64,000 bases of DNA from assembly GCF_009914755.1 (NCBI RefSeq), contig NC_060935.1; one strand, given 5' to 3'. The DNA comes from the human T2T-CHM13v2.0 reference genome, Homo sapiens. Numbering within the stretch: the stretch's first letter is position 1; each line of letters starts with the position of its first letter. Below the pieces are notes generated by a model. That model saw only the letters and a list, made by a program, of their open reading frames with translations. It had not been told where the DNA came from and searched no databases. This document shows, in pieces, positions 30,306 to 43,787 of the stretch. Made by a program: the position numbers and the translations under genes.

Positions 30306-30834
30306 CCCCCACCCCCCATTTATTTATTTATTTAAGAGACAGGTTCTCACTATGTTGCCCAGGCTGGTCTTAAACACCTGGCCTCAAGCTATGGGCACTT
30401 TAAAAGAACGTGTATTCTGCTGTTCTTGGATGCAGTGTTCTATAAATGTTAATTAGAATCAGTGGTTAATGATGTTGGTGAGTTGCTCTATATCCTTGCT
30501 GATTTTCTGTCTCATTGTTCTACTGGTTGTTGAGAGAGGGGTGTTGAAGTCTCCAACTGTTGTGGATTTATGTATTTCACCTTTGGATTCTATAAGTTTT
30601 TGCTTCACATATGCGTCTCTGTTGTTTGATACATACACATTTATGATTGCTATGTCTTCCTGGTGAATTGACCCTTTTATTATTATATAGTGTCCTTCTC
30701 CATCTCTAATAATTTTCTTTCCCCTCAAGCTTACTTAATCTGATAATATTGTAGTCACTCTGCTTTCCCTTGGTTAGTTTTGCATGATATATCCCTTTTT
30801 ACCCTCTTACTTTCAACCTGCCTTTGTTGTTATA

Positions 30835-31425
30835 CAGTCACATACCAGATAATGATGTTTTGGTCAACAACAGACCACATGTATGATGGTGGTCCCATAA
30901 GGTTATAATGGAGCTGAAAAATTTCTGTTGCCTAGTGACAACCTGATGATTCTGATGCTGTGTAGGCCTAAGCTACTATGTGTATGTCTTAGTTTTAACT
31001 AAAAAATTTTAAAAATTTTTAAAAAATAAAAAATTTAAAAATAGAAAAAAGCTTATAGAATAAGGATATAAAGAAAGAAAATATTTTTATACAAGTATAC
31101 AGTGTGTGCTTTAGGCCATTATAAAAGAGTCAAAAAGTTTAAATATTTAAATGTTTATAAAATAAAAATGTTACAGTAAGTTAAGGTTAACTTGTTTTTG
31201 AAGAAAGAAATATTTTAAAGGTAGTGTAACCTAAGTGTGCAATGTTCACACCTACAGTAGTGTGCAACAATGTTTTAGGCCTTCACATTCACTCACTGTT
31301 CACACACAGACTCATCCACGACAACTTCCAGCCATGTTAAGTGCCCTATATACCACATTTTTACTCTCCCTTTACTATGTTTTGATATGTTTAGATACAC
31401 AGATACTTACCATTGTTTTACAGTT
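30835..31425 (+). mobile_element. Tigger3 (Golem/MER7) fragment
   Basis: TA|CAGTCACA...GTCAACAACAGACCACATGTATGATGGTGGTCCCATAAGGTTATAATGGAGCTGAAAAATT. Confidence 0.8.
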
Positions 31426-31904
31426 TTGATGGTAGTGTAAAATGTTTACATTGTTTTGATGGTAGTGTAAAATGGCACAAACACTTTCAGAAATGATCTG
31501 GCATTTCTTATAAAACTAAATATACACTGACCCTATAATTTAGTTTTAATCCTAGGAATTTACTCACAGTAAATGAAAACACTTATACCACAAAAACGTT
31601 TGTATGACAATGTTCACTGCAAATTTATTACTAATACCCTAAACTGGAAACTGCTGAAGTATCAATAAAATAATGGATATACAGTGGTATTTTCATGAAA
31701 TGGAATATTACTTAGCAATTAAAATGGACAAATTATGAGTTTCATAGTGTGTGGCTCACAACAGTCTCAAGTACTATGACTAAGCTAAGCACTTCATGAA
31801 TTTTATCTTACTGAATCCTTCTAGCCTTATGAGATAATCGCTATTATTATTGACAAGTGCTTTGTGTTTATTTTCTTAACTTTTACTACCTTCTGAGGTA
31901 GCAT

Positions 31905-32605
31905 CCTCACACACACTGGTGTACAGAAATACAATTTAATTCTGATGCTGACCACCCAGTGTTGGCATTGGACTCCACAGGTTTAATGGCACAATCCCCA
32001 GTAAAACTATTTTCACTTCAGATGCCAGCTGCATTTTGGGGGGTCCCTAAGCCACCTGTGCTTTTGACCCACTGGCTGTAAATTCAAAGTTTCACATGAC
32101 CCCCTAAGGTACAATAATTTTCTAGAATGACTCACAGAACTCAGGAAAGCACTAATGATACAAATCAGGACCAGCTAAATGAAGATCCACATGGGTGGAG
32201 TCTGGGAGGGTTCTGAATGGAGAGCATTCATGACCTCTCCCCATGGCATTACCCTCCTAGCACACTGATGTGTTCACCACCTGGGAAGCTCTACTGAGCT
32301 TTGGTGTTCAGAGTTTTTATTGGGGTCTCATTACATAGGCATGATTGGATCATTGGTCACATGACTGGACTCAATCTTCAGTCCTCCTCCTCTCCTAGGA
32401 GATTGACCCAACCCTCTAATTACATTGTTGGTCTTTCTGGTGACCATCCTCACCCTGTGTCATCTCATCAGTTAGCATAAACTCAGGTGTAATCTAAGGA
32501 GCTCATAAATAACAAAGACACTCCTGCTACTTAGGAAGTTCTAAGGGTTTAAAGTCTCTTTACCAGAAACCAGGGACAAAGGCCAGTCAAGTTATTTATT
32601 ACACA
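31905..32605 (-). mobile_element. MER21-like LTR
   Basis: AATTCTGATGCTGACCACCC...CACAGGTTTAA...CACTTCAGATGCCAG...CAGGGACAAAGGCCAG. Confidence 0.6.
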
Positions 32606-32649
32606 ATAGGTAGGCACTATTATTATTATTTTATTTAATAGAGACAGGG

Positions 32650-33005
<356 letters not shown>

Positions 33006-34662
33006 TCAACCAATTCTCCCACTGCAGCCTCCCTAAATGTTGGAATTACAAATGTGAGCCATCATGTCTGGCCAGTAGGTAGGTGTTATTATTGTCCTCA
33101 TTTTAGAGGTAAGTAGGGACCTATATTGATTGCTCAAAGTTACACAGTAACTAACAGAATTAGGACTGGAACCTAGGTATGTCTGAATACAGTCTTGCTA
33201 TTCTCTACTATATATATATTGTCTGAAAGTTATTGCCACATGCTATTTATTGAATGAATAAATTGACAGGAAAAGATCACAGGTGATTCTGAAATTTCTA
33301 CCTTGTGGGAACTGAGAATGATCAAGGCCCTTTTGAGAATTTCATTGATGCTAGATACATTTATATTTGTAGATCCTATCCCATATTAAAGTCTGTCTGT
33401 ATCCCACATCAAGTATTATTTTTTTTGCTGAAAAAAATATTGAAAGGATTTAAAATTTTTTTTCTTTAGAAATCATTTGGCTACATGCACTCTAGTCATT
33501 ATAGGATTTGATTTCATGGCAATTGCAGTGCATGGGTGGAATGTTTCCAAAGTGAGAAACATGAACTTACAAATTATTTTCAAATGTAATAAAATGTTTA
33601 TAAATACCAGTGTATTACTTCAGTACAGCCTAAGCTGCTATAACAAAGAGACTTCTTAGTACAGTGAGAGTACAGGACTGGTACACAGGCTTCCACCTCA
33701 GCATCCACTCCAGCTCTTGCCTTAAGGTCTGCATCACAGGGACAAAGCAGCCACATTGACAATGACAAACAGCATCCTTTGCACAGACTGCAGTGCTAAT
33801 GTGCCCCCTGGAGTTGTCCATAGTAGTAGCTCTCACAAGTGTGTAGGGAGAAAGATGAAGAGCTCATCCCCTACTGCACAACCAGAAGTGGCAGGTATCA
33901 CTTGTACTCACTTCCCATGTTCAGAACTTAAGTCACATGACCACATCTAGCTTCAAAAGAGTCTGGAAGTATAGTCTTTTACTAAGTGACCCTTGCACCT
34001 ACCTAAAACCTAGTTCTACTTATAAAGGAAGAAGGGGATATATAGTAGTCACTATCATAATTAAATTGCATAAACAAGTAATGAAATCGGTATAAATTTA
34101 TGTTGGTAGACATTTAATTGAAAGTTTATTGCTTTTGACTTTATAGTTTTCTGTATTTTAGTTGTGTTTAAAAAAAAAAGTGGGAGGGTTGTTCTTAAAC
34201 ATTTTTTTTTTAGGCCCTTGAAAAGTCTGTCAGCTCCAAGTGCTGTGTCTAATGGATACAAAATCTCTGTGGATCATGAGGCCACTAACGAGAGAAGGAA
34301 TGCAGGGCGGCTGTGATTGCTCTCTGCTTGGTCCCCCTTCTGGGTAGGAAGGCAGCCCTTATGAAGCGGGTAGGCTAGATTCAGTATGCAATTTGTGGGG
34401 CTAAGGGAGTGTGGACACTCAAACAAATATTAACTGATCCTTATGTAGCTGGGGTTATAGTCCGTGGGGCTGAGGGTGGGACAGGAAGCAGGGAGAGGAG
34501 GGGAGAAGGGAATAACAACTAGAATGAGACTCAGGGCCAAGAAATTGGTAAGGAAGACAAAATAACATGAACAAACATGCACAATGATAGGTTTCAGAGC
34601 AGATTATGAAAGTCATTGTGAGTCATCGGTGGTAGTACTGTTGTTTAAAAAGAAACAGTGTC

Positions 34663-35014
<352 letters not shown>

Positions 35015-37344
35015 TTACACAAGGTCCTGCCTGAGGACATCTACAGTTTATAAATAAATATGTCCAAAGTGGGGAAAGTAACTCAAATGACCTGTTTCCT
35101 ATAGAAAATGCTCCAGCCCGAGAACTGTCCTGACATGAAGTAGGAGCCATTAGCAGGGAGGCCGGAAATCTAGGTTTATGTTCGGCCTCTATCACTATTT
35201 GAGAATGTGAGCTCCTTTGGAGTAGGTAATGCATAGTTTCATCTTTGGATCCTCACCTAGCCTAGTGCCTGGCACTTACTAAGTTCTTAGTAAATTCTTA
35301 CAGAATCAATGAACAATTTGTTAAATAACTTGCTGTGTATCCTTGAACTGAGACGTTTTACCAGGGGTCTTAAACCTAAAAGGAAACAGTGGGTCAAGGT
35401 GGCGTCCAGGTCCCTAGTGACCTCAAATTTTCAGGATATGAGGACTGATATTTGGCTACTGTCACACTAAGAAGTGCACCTCATAGCATGCAAAATCCAA
35501 TCTGAACTCAACCCACACGTCTCAGCTCAAAGACTGCCTCCTCCACAATGCCTCCCCTACCCCTTCCCTCAACAAATTGTGCCTCTGCTGACACTCTTCT
35601 ACCTTGGTTATTCTCAGTTGAATTCATTACCTTTCCTTACCCCCTCAGGCCTGTGACCTGAGAACACAGAGTAAAAGCTAACACTTAGGTAGAATTTACC
35701 ATGTGTCAGGTGCTCTAAAGGGCTTAAAATCGTCAGTGCATTTAATATCTTGATGTACCAGAAAGTAGGTGCTTTGATTATCCTCATTTCAGACATGAGA
35801 AAACTGAGGTACAGAGTGAGTAACTTTCTTACCATTAGGCTGGTAGTGAGTGGCAGGGACAAGATTCAAATCTGGGTAATAAGTCTACAGAGTCCTTAAC
35901 TAGTTCCCTGTCTTGTTCAACTTTAAATACCCCATAATAAACATCCCATGGTCAGCCCATAGTAGGTGTGCAGTAAATGTTTGCCAAATAAATGAATAAG
36001 CAAATGCAGTAAACTAGGAAGCAGGATATCAGAAGGGCATGGAGTTTCCCTGAATACCCATGTGCCTGTTGGGCCTCTCGGGCCTCTCAAACCTTTCCCC
36101 AACATGTTGAGTTAGTTTGTTGGTCCATCCATCCACTCACTTGTCCATCCATCCATTCAATGAATAGTTACTGTCCTAACCCACCTCCCCACCATCCCAC
36201 ATTGGGACCAGGGATACAAAACTGAATTGGCACAGACAGAGATGGACTTATTCACAGTCAATGGCAGTCCAGCATCACATAAGCTACACAGAAGACAGAG
36301 CCACTAACTCTGCCCAGGCAGGGTCAGAGAACACTTTTTAGTCTATGGGACAGAGATTCGATCTGGGTTTTAAAAAATCTGTCTCCAGGTCCCTGGTAGG
36401 CCAGGGTCCTCCCTGACCCCAGCCCATATAGCTGGAGACAGAACAGCCTGTCCTTCCAGCTGCTGGCTGCAAACTTGCCTTGGGGAGTCCATGGCTCTGT
36501 CCATGGTCTGAATCCTGGTGCTCTTGTTGGCTGCCATGCCCCTAGATTGAGCCATATGCTTTGGACCCTGGTTCTGAGTGTTGACCCTGAGCCTTTAGTG
36601 CCAGGCTCACAGCCAAGCATAGCCCACTTGCCAGATCCTTTCAGGTCTCTCCCTTTTAGCTGGGGGTGCGAGGGGCGGGGTGAGGGTGGGAGGACGTATG
36701 GCATATCCCTAGGCATGTGCTAAGATACAGACCTGGGACCTCTCAGTTACATGATTGCCAGTTTCATTGACCCCTTCCTCAGCCTCTAAGGAAATTCAGG
36801 CCAGACTAAGAAAGGACTCAGGCTGGAGCAGGTCCCTGAGGGCTCAGCCACACTTGTGTATACTCTGCCTGTCAGAGCTGGCCTGGCCACAGATATCATC
36901 TAGGTCCCTGCCTACCCTGAAGCTCTGGAATGGGCATACATTGAAGGAGGCAGACCTGGACTTCAGGGCTCTTGATCCCAGTCTGACGTTCGTTCCACTA
37001 CAAAAAGGGGGTCTGGAATTCATTTTCAGTAATGAAGCCTTTCTCCATGAAATCTTAACCATTATATAAAGCAGAACAGGTCTGCCTGAAGCGAGTTAGG
37101 GCATCTAAAAGATCACCATCTTGGCCTCTGCCTTCCTGTCTCAGCCTTTAAGTCACTTCTAATAAACCTGTCTTATTTTTTACCGTTAGATCTCAACAGG
37201 GGAAGTTGGTCCAGTGAGGTCCTAAGCCCATGCAGAAGTGGCAGCTACTTCCCTCCAGCCTGTTTCACCCACTTCCTTCACCTTCCTCACTACAGCCAGA
37301 GACCTTTAAAAAACCCAGGTGTGTCTTTGCTACCCTCCAGTTTA

Positions 37345-37645
<301 letters not shown>

Positions 37646-38228
37646 AAACACCAGAAATAAACAAATTCATTTATCCAACAATATTTACACAAGGACTATT
37701 ATATTCATTGTACTTCTAGCTCCTTTCATTGTGGCAGGAATTGAAGTAGGAGCTAGAAGTGCAATGATTATAACAGTCCTTGCCTGTTTGTGGTGGTAGG
37801 GGAGCCAACAAACCTGGTGACAATAAAATAAATTACTAGACAGAGTCTGGTGATAGAGCCTAAAACAGGAGCGTGGTCTGAGGAGGCTGAAGGACAAACC
37901 AGTGCCATCCAGGAGAAAACCATTCAGCCAGAGAGAAGAGCCCATGTTAAGGTTTAGGGTGGCAGCTTTAGGAAAACAGAAGGCTCAGTGATGGTGCTGT
38001 GAAATGAGGCCAGAGAGATGCACAGAGGCCAGGTCATGGAACACCCTAAAAATCACTTCCAGGTTGTTGGTCTGCATCTTAAAGAGCAAAGGGAATGCAA
38101 TTGAATGGTTTTAAATAAGATAGTGACACAATGCCATTTTTGTTTTAAGATCAAGCTGGTTGTTATGTGGAGAACAGGCTTGAGGAAGGCAAGAGTAAAG
38201 GCAGAGAGGCCTATTAAGAAGACATTGT

Positions 38229-38587
<359 letters not shown>

Positions 38588-38984
38588 CTAAGTATGGGTA
38601 CTGTGTGTTCCATACACCTAACACTCCTTCTTCCAACCTTCAGGCCCCAGGGAAACACTTTCCCACATATCTTGCCCTACATCCTCAAAACAAAAAATCA
38701 TGTATTTTACATAGAGTAAAATGCTCACATGTAAGTGCCTAGTTTGAGGAGCTTGCACAAGTGTATACACCTCTGTAACCACCACCCATTCAAGCATGGG
38801 TAGAGACCATTTCCATCATTTCCACCACATGACTGTGTCTAAAGTTCTGTGGGTTGTGCTGCTGTTCACACCAGAAACAGCCACTGCTCTCGAGTAAGGA
38901 AAGCAAGTGAGTGGCAGAAGCTCTTGGGTAAGAAAAGCACACATCAATTAATCCTGTGAAGTCTTTTCTCTCACATAACATGAA

Positions 38985-39690
38985 TGCCTAATGGGGTATC
39001 ATTTTCCAGAAAAGCATTGTCCATTTTCTTGCTTCTTTTTGTGTTCCGATTTGTAGTTTTGGAGGAATTCAGGAATGGCTTACTATTTGCAATAGTTGCA
39101 TGTGGCAGCTCATTAATATTAAACAATATTAAACAACTCATACTACTCTAATATTGTAGTGTAGGTAGGTCTAGTTGTAGACCTACATATACATGATATT
39201 GATTCTTTATGGACTTAGCTACTGTGTTAAGGAATGATGAAAATTATTATATGAGTGGTAGTGATTTATATGATGAAATAAAAATAGAATGTATTATACG
39301 TATTTACCATTTTATAAATCTATTTTAACATATAAATATAGTTTGTATTGTGTAATTATGTGTTCCTATATTTGACCATAATATATAAAATTCATGCTAC
39401 TTTTAAAATCTAATGTTACTTTAAGATTTTTATTGACAATCCCTGTTGCTACTGCCTTAGCAGAGCAAACTTTCCAAATTGAAGTCAATGCCAAAAAAAA
39501 ACCTCTAAAACTTACAGTGTCCCAATAAAGGTTATTTTGTTTTTGACCTTATTGTCCAAAATTTATGAAATATATAATTATTGATGAACCATATATTCCC
39601 TTTTACTCATATATTCCTGTCCATGAGCCATTCCTTTCCATGACATCCATTAAATTCAGTCATCTTTGATATTTTGCTTACTTTCAATAA
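38985..39690 (+). mobile_element. Ancient hAT (Zaphod/Tip100-like) transposase remnant
   Basis: 39421 onward reads LRFLLTIPVATALAEQ-(frameshift)-FSKLK, like the hAT dimerisation motif; boundaries approximate. Confidence 0.55.
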
Positions 39691-42674
39691 AAAGTACCAT
39701 AGAAGTTGGTGCAAGGTGGAAGACTAGAAGGTCCCACCAATTGTCCTCCCTGCAGGAACAAGAAATTCAACAACTATCTACACAAAAAACCACCTTCACT
39801 AGAACCAAAAATCAGGTGAGCACTCAAAATACCTGGTTTTACTTCATATCATGGAAAGAGACACTGAAGAGGATAGGAAAGACAGTCTTGAGTTGCTGAT
39901 GCCACCCCTTCCCCATTGCCGCTGCAGAGAAATCTATGTGCTTTGGAGACAGCACAGCAATTGTGAGACTTTACATTGAATTCAGTGCTGCCCTCTCACA
40001 GCAGAAAGCAAAACCAGGCTGGGCTCAGCTGACATCTGCCTATGAAGGGAGCATTCAGACCAACCCTAGCCAGTGGGGTATCACCCATCTCAGCAATAGG
40101 AACGTGAGTTCCAGGAAGCCTCACCACCATGGGCTGAAGTTCTCTGGAGCCTAATATAAACTTGAAAGGCAGTCTAGGCCACAAGGACTACAAATCCTAG
40201 TGCTGAGCTGGGCTTGGGGGGCATGACATACTTAGACATCAGCAAGGGCAGCTAAGGGACTGTTTGTACCACCCCGCCCCACTGCCAGGCAGCATATCCC
40301 CTGGCTCCAAAAGAGACCCCTTTCTCCTGCTTGAGGAGGGAAGAGTAAAGAGGACCAGCTCAGCCACAGCAAGATAGAGCATTGGTCAGAGTTGTGAGAT
40401 CCCCATTCCAGGCCCTAGCTCCTGGATGACATTTCTAGACACACCCTGGGCCAGAAGGGAACCTGCTGTCTTGAAGAGAAGGACCCAGTCCTGGCAGCAT
40501 CCATCATCTGCTGACTAAAGAGCCCTTGGTCCCTGAATAACCAGCAGCAGTAACCATGTAGTACACACTGTGGGTGTTGGGTGAAACTCTGAGACTTGCT
40601 GGCTTCTGGTGAGACCCAGCACCTTCCCAGCTGTGGTGGCCATGGTGAGAGACTCCTTCTCCTTGATAAAAGAAGAGGGAGAAGTAAGGGGATTTTTGTC
40701 TTATAGTTTAGATACCACCTTGGCCACAGTGGGGTAGAACACCAAGCGGGCTCTTGGGGTCCATGATTCCAGGCCTTGGCTCTTGGACAGCATTTCTGGA
40801 CCTGCTCTGGGCCAGAGGGAAGCCAACTGCCTGAAGGGTGAGTCCCAGGCCTGAAAGCATTCACCATAAGCTGATTGAAGAGCCCTTGCGCCTTAAGTGA
40901 ACATTGGCAGTAGCCTGGCAGTAGTCTTTGCTGGCATGTGGTGGTGGTGGCCACAGGGTGAGACCCGTCTGCCTGTGGAAAGGGAAGAGAAGAATGGGAA
41001 GGACTTTGTCTCATGGTTTGAGTACCAGCTTAGCTACAATAGTGTAGAGCACCAGGTAGACTTCTAAGATCTTTGACTCCAGTCCCTAGCTCCCGGATGG
41101 CATCTCTGGACCTGCCTGGGGCCTGGGGGAACTCACCACCCTGAAGGGGAGGACACAAGTCTGGCTGGCTTCATCACCTGTTAATTGTAGAGCCCTAGGG
41201 CCTTAAGTGAACATAGATGGTAGCCAGGTAGTGGTTACAGTGGGCCTTGGGCAAGACTCAGTGCTGTGCTAGCTTCAGGTCTGATGCAGCCCAGTCCCAG
41301 TGGTAATGGCCACAGGAGTGCTTATGTCACCCAACCCAAGCCCCAGGCAGCTCAGCACAGGGAGGGAGACTCCATTTATTTGGGAGAAAGTAAGGGAAGA
41401 AAACAAGAGTCTCCACTTAGTAATCCAAAGAATTCTTCCTGATCATATCTAAGACCACCAAGGTGGTATATTTATGAGTCTGCAAAAACCACAGCATTAC
41501 TGGCTTGGGGTGTTCCCTAATGCAGATAGGGTCTAGAACAAAACACCCAAATCCTTTTGAATACTTGAAAAGCCTTTGAATACTTGAAAAGAACAGGTAC
41601 AAAAAAGCCCAGGTGGTAAAGGCTATAAGAAATACCTAACCCTTCAATTCCCAGACACTGATGAACATTAACAAGAATCAAGACCATCCAGGAAAACATG
41701 ACCTCACCAAACAAACTAAGGCACCAGGGACCAATCCTGGAAAAACAGAGATAAGTGACCTTTCAGGCAGAGAATTCAAAATAGCTGTTTGGAAGAAACT
41801 CAAAGAAATTCAAGATAACATGGAGAAGGAATTCAGAATTCTATCAGATAAATTTAACAGAGAGATTGAAATAATTAAAAAGCAGAAATTCTGGAGTTGA
41901 AAATGCAATTGGCATACTGAAGAATGTGTCAGAATCTCTTAATAGCAGAATTGATCAAGCAAAAGAAAGAATTAGTGAGCTTGAAGATAGGCTATTCAAG
42001 AGTACACAGTCAGAAGAGATGAAGGAAAAAGGAATAAAAAAATGAATCATGCCTACAAGATTTAGAAAATAGCTTCAAAAAGGCAAATCTAAGAATTATT
42101 GGTCATAAAGAGAAGGTAGAGAAAGAGATGGGGTAGAAAGTTTATTCAAAGGGATAATAACAGAGAACTTCCCGAACCTAGAGAAATATATCAATATCCA
42201 AGTACAAGAAGGTTATAGAACACCAAGCAGATTTGACCCAAAGGAGACTACTTCAAGGCATTTAATAGTCAAACTCCTGAAGGTCAGTGATAAAGAAAGG
42301 ATCCAAAAAGCAGCAAGAGAAAAATAAATAATATACAATAGAGCCACAATACAACTGGCAGCAGACTTTTCAGTGGAAACCTTACAGGCCAGGAGAGAAT
42401 GGCATGACATATCTAAAGTGCTGAAGAAAAAAAAGAACTTTTACCCTAGAATAGTATATCTGGTGAAAATATCCTAAAAGCATGAAGGAGAAATAAAGAG
42501 TTTGCCAGACAAGCAAAAACTGAGGGAATTCATCAACACCAGACTTATCCTACAAGAAATGCTAAAGGAAGTACATCAATCAGAAAGAAAAGGATGTTAA
42601 TGAGCAATAAGAAATCATCTGAAGGTACAAAACTCACTGGTAGTAGTAAGCACACAGAAAAACACAGAATATCA

Positions 42675-43048
<374 letters not shown>

Positions 43049-43565
43049 TCAAAAATAATAACTACAACAAGACATAGACAATACAATAAGACATAAAGAA
43101 AAACAACAAAAAAGTTTAAAAGTGGGGAGATGAAGTTAAAGTGTAGAGTTTTTGTTAGTGTTCTTTTTGCTTGTTTGTTTATGCAATCAGTGTTAAGTTG
43201 TCATCAGTTTAAAATAATGGGTTATAAGTTAGTATTTGAAAGCCTCATGGTAACCTCAAATCAAAGAACATACAGTGGATACATAAAAAATAAAATGCAA
43301 GAAATTAAATCATACCACCAGAGAAAATCACCTTCACTAAAAGGAAGACAGGAAAGAAGGAAAGAAGGAAGATAAAACTACAAACAATCAGAAACAAATA
43401 ACAAAATGGCAGGAGCAAGTCCTCACTTATCAATAATAACATTGAATGTAAATGGACTAAGCTCTCCAACAAAAGACACAGAGTGGCTAAGTGGTTAAAA
43501 AAAAAGAAAAAAAATCATCTGTTGCTTACAGGGAACACACTTCACCTATAAAGATATACATAGAC

Positions 43566-43787
43566 CAGGGGTGTCCAATCTTTTGGCTTCCCTGGGCCAC
43601 ATTGGAAGAAGAAGAATTGTCTTGGGCCACACATAAAATACGCTAATGCTAATGATAGTTGATGAGCTAAAAAAAATTACAAAAAAACCTCATAATGTTT
43701 TAAGAAAGTTTATGAATTTGTGTTAGGCCATATTCAAAGCCATTCTGGGCCACATGTGGCCCTCGGGCCGTGGGTTGGACAAGCTTG
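43566..43787 (+). mobile_element. MER30 (hAT-Charlie MITE) in L1 ORF2
   Basis: CAGGGGTGTCCAATC...GTTGGACAAGCTTG; 8-bp TSD ACATAGAC/ATATAGAC. Confidence 0.9.

Noticed and set aside
40415-41014. 199-aa minus-strand ORF
   Set aside because: Antisense frame in the L1 5'UTR monomers, no recognisable domain
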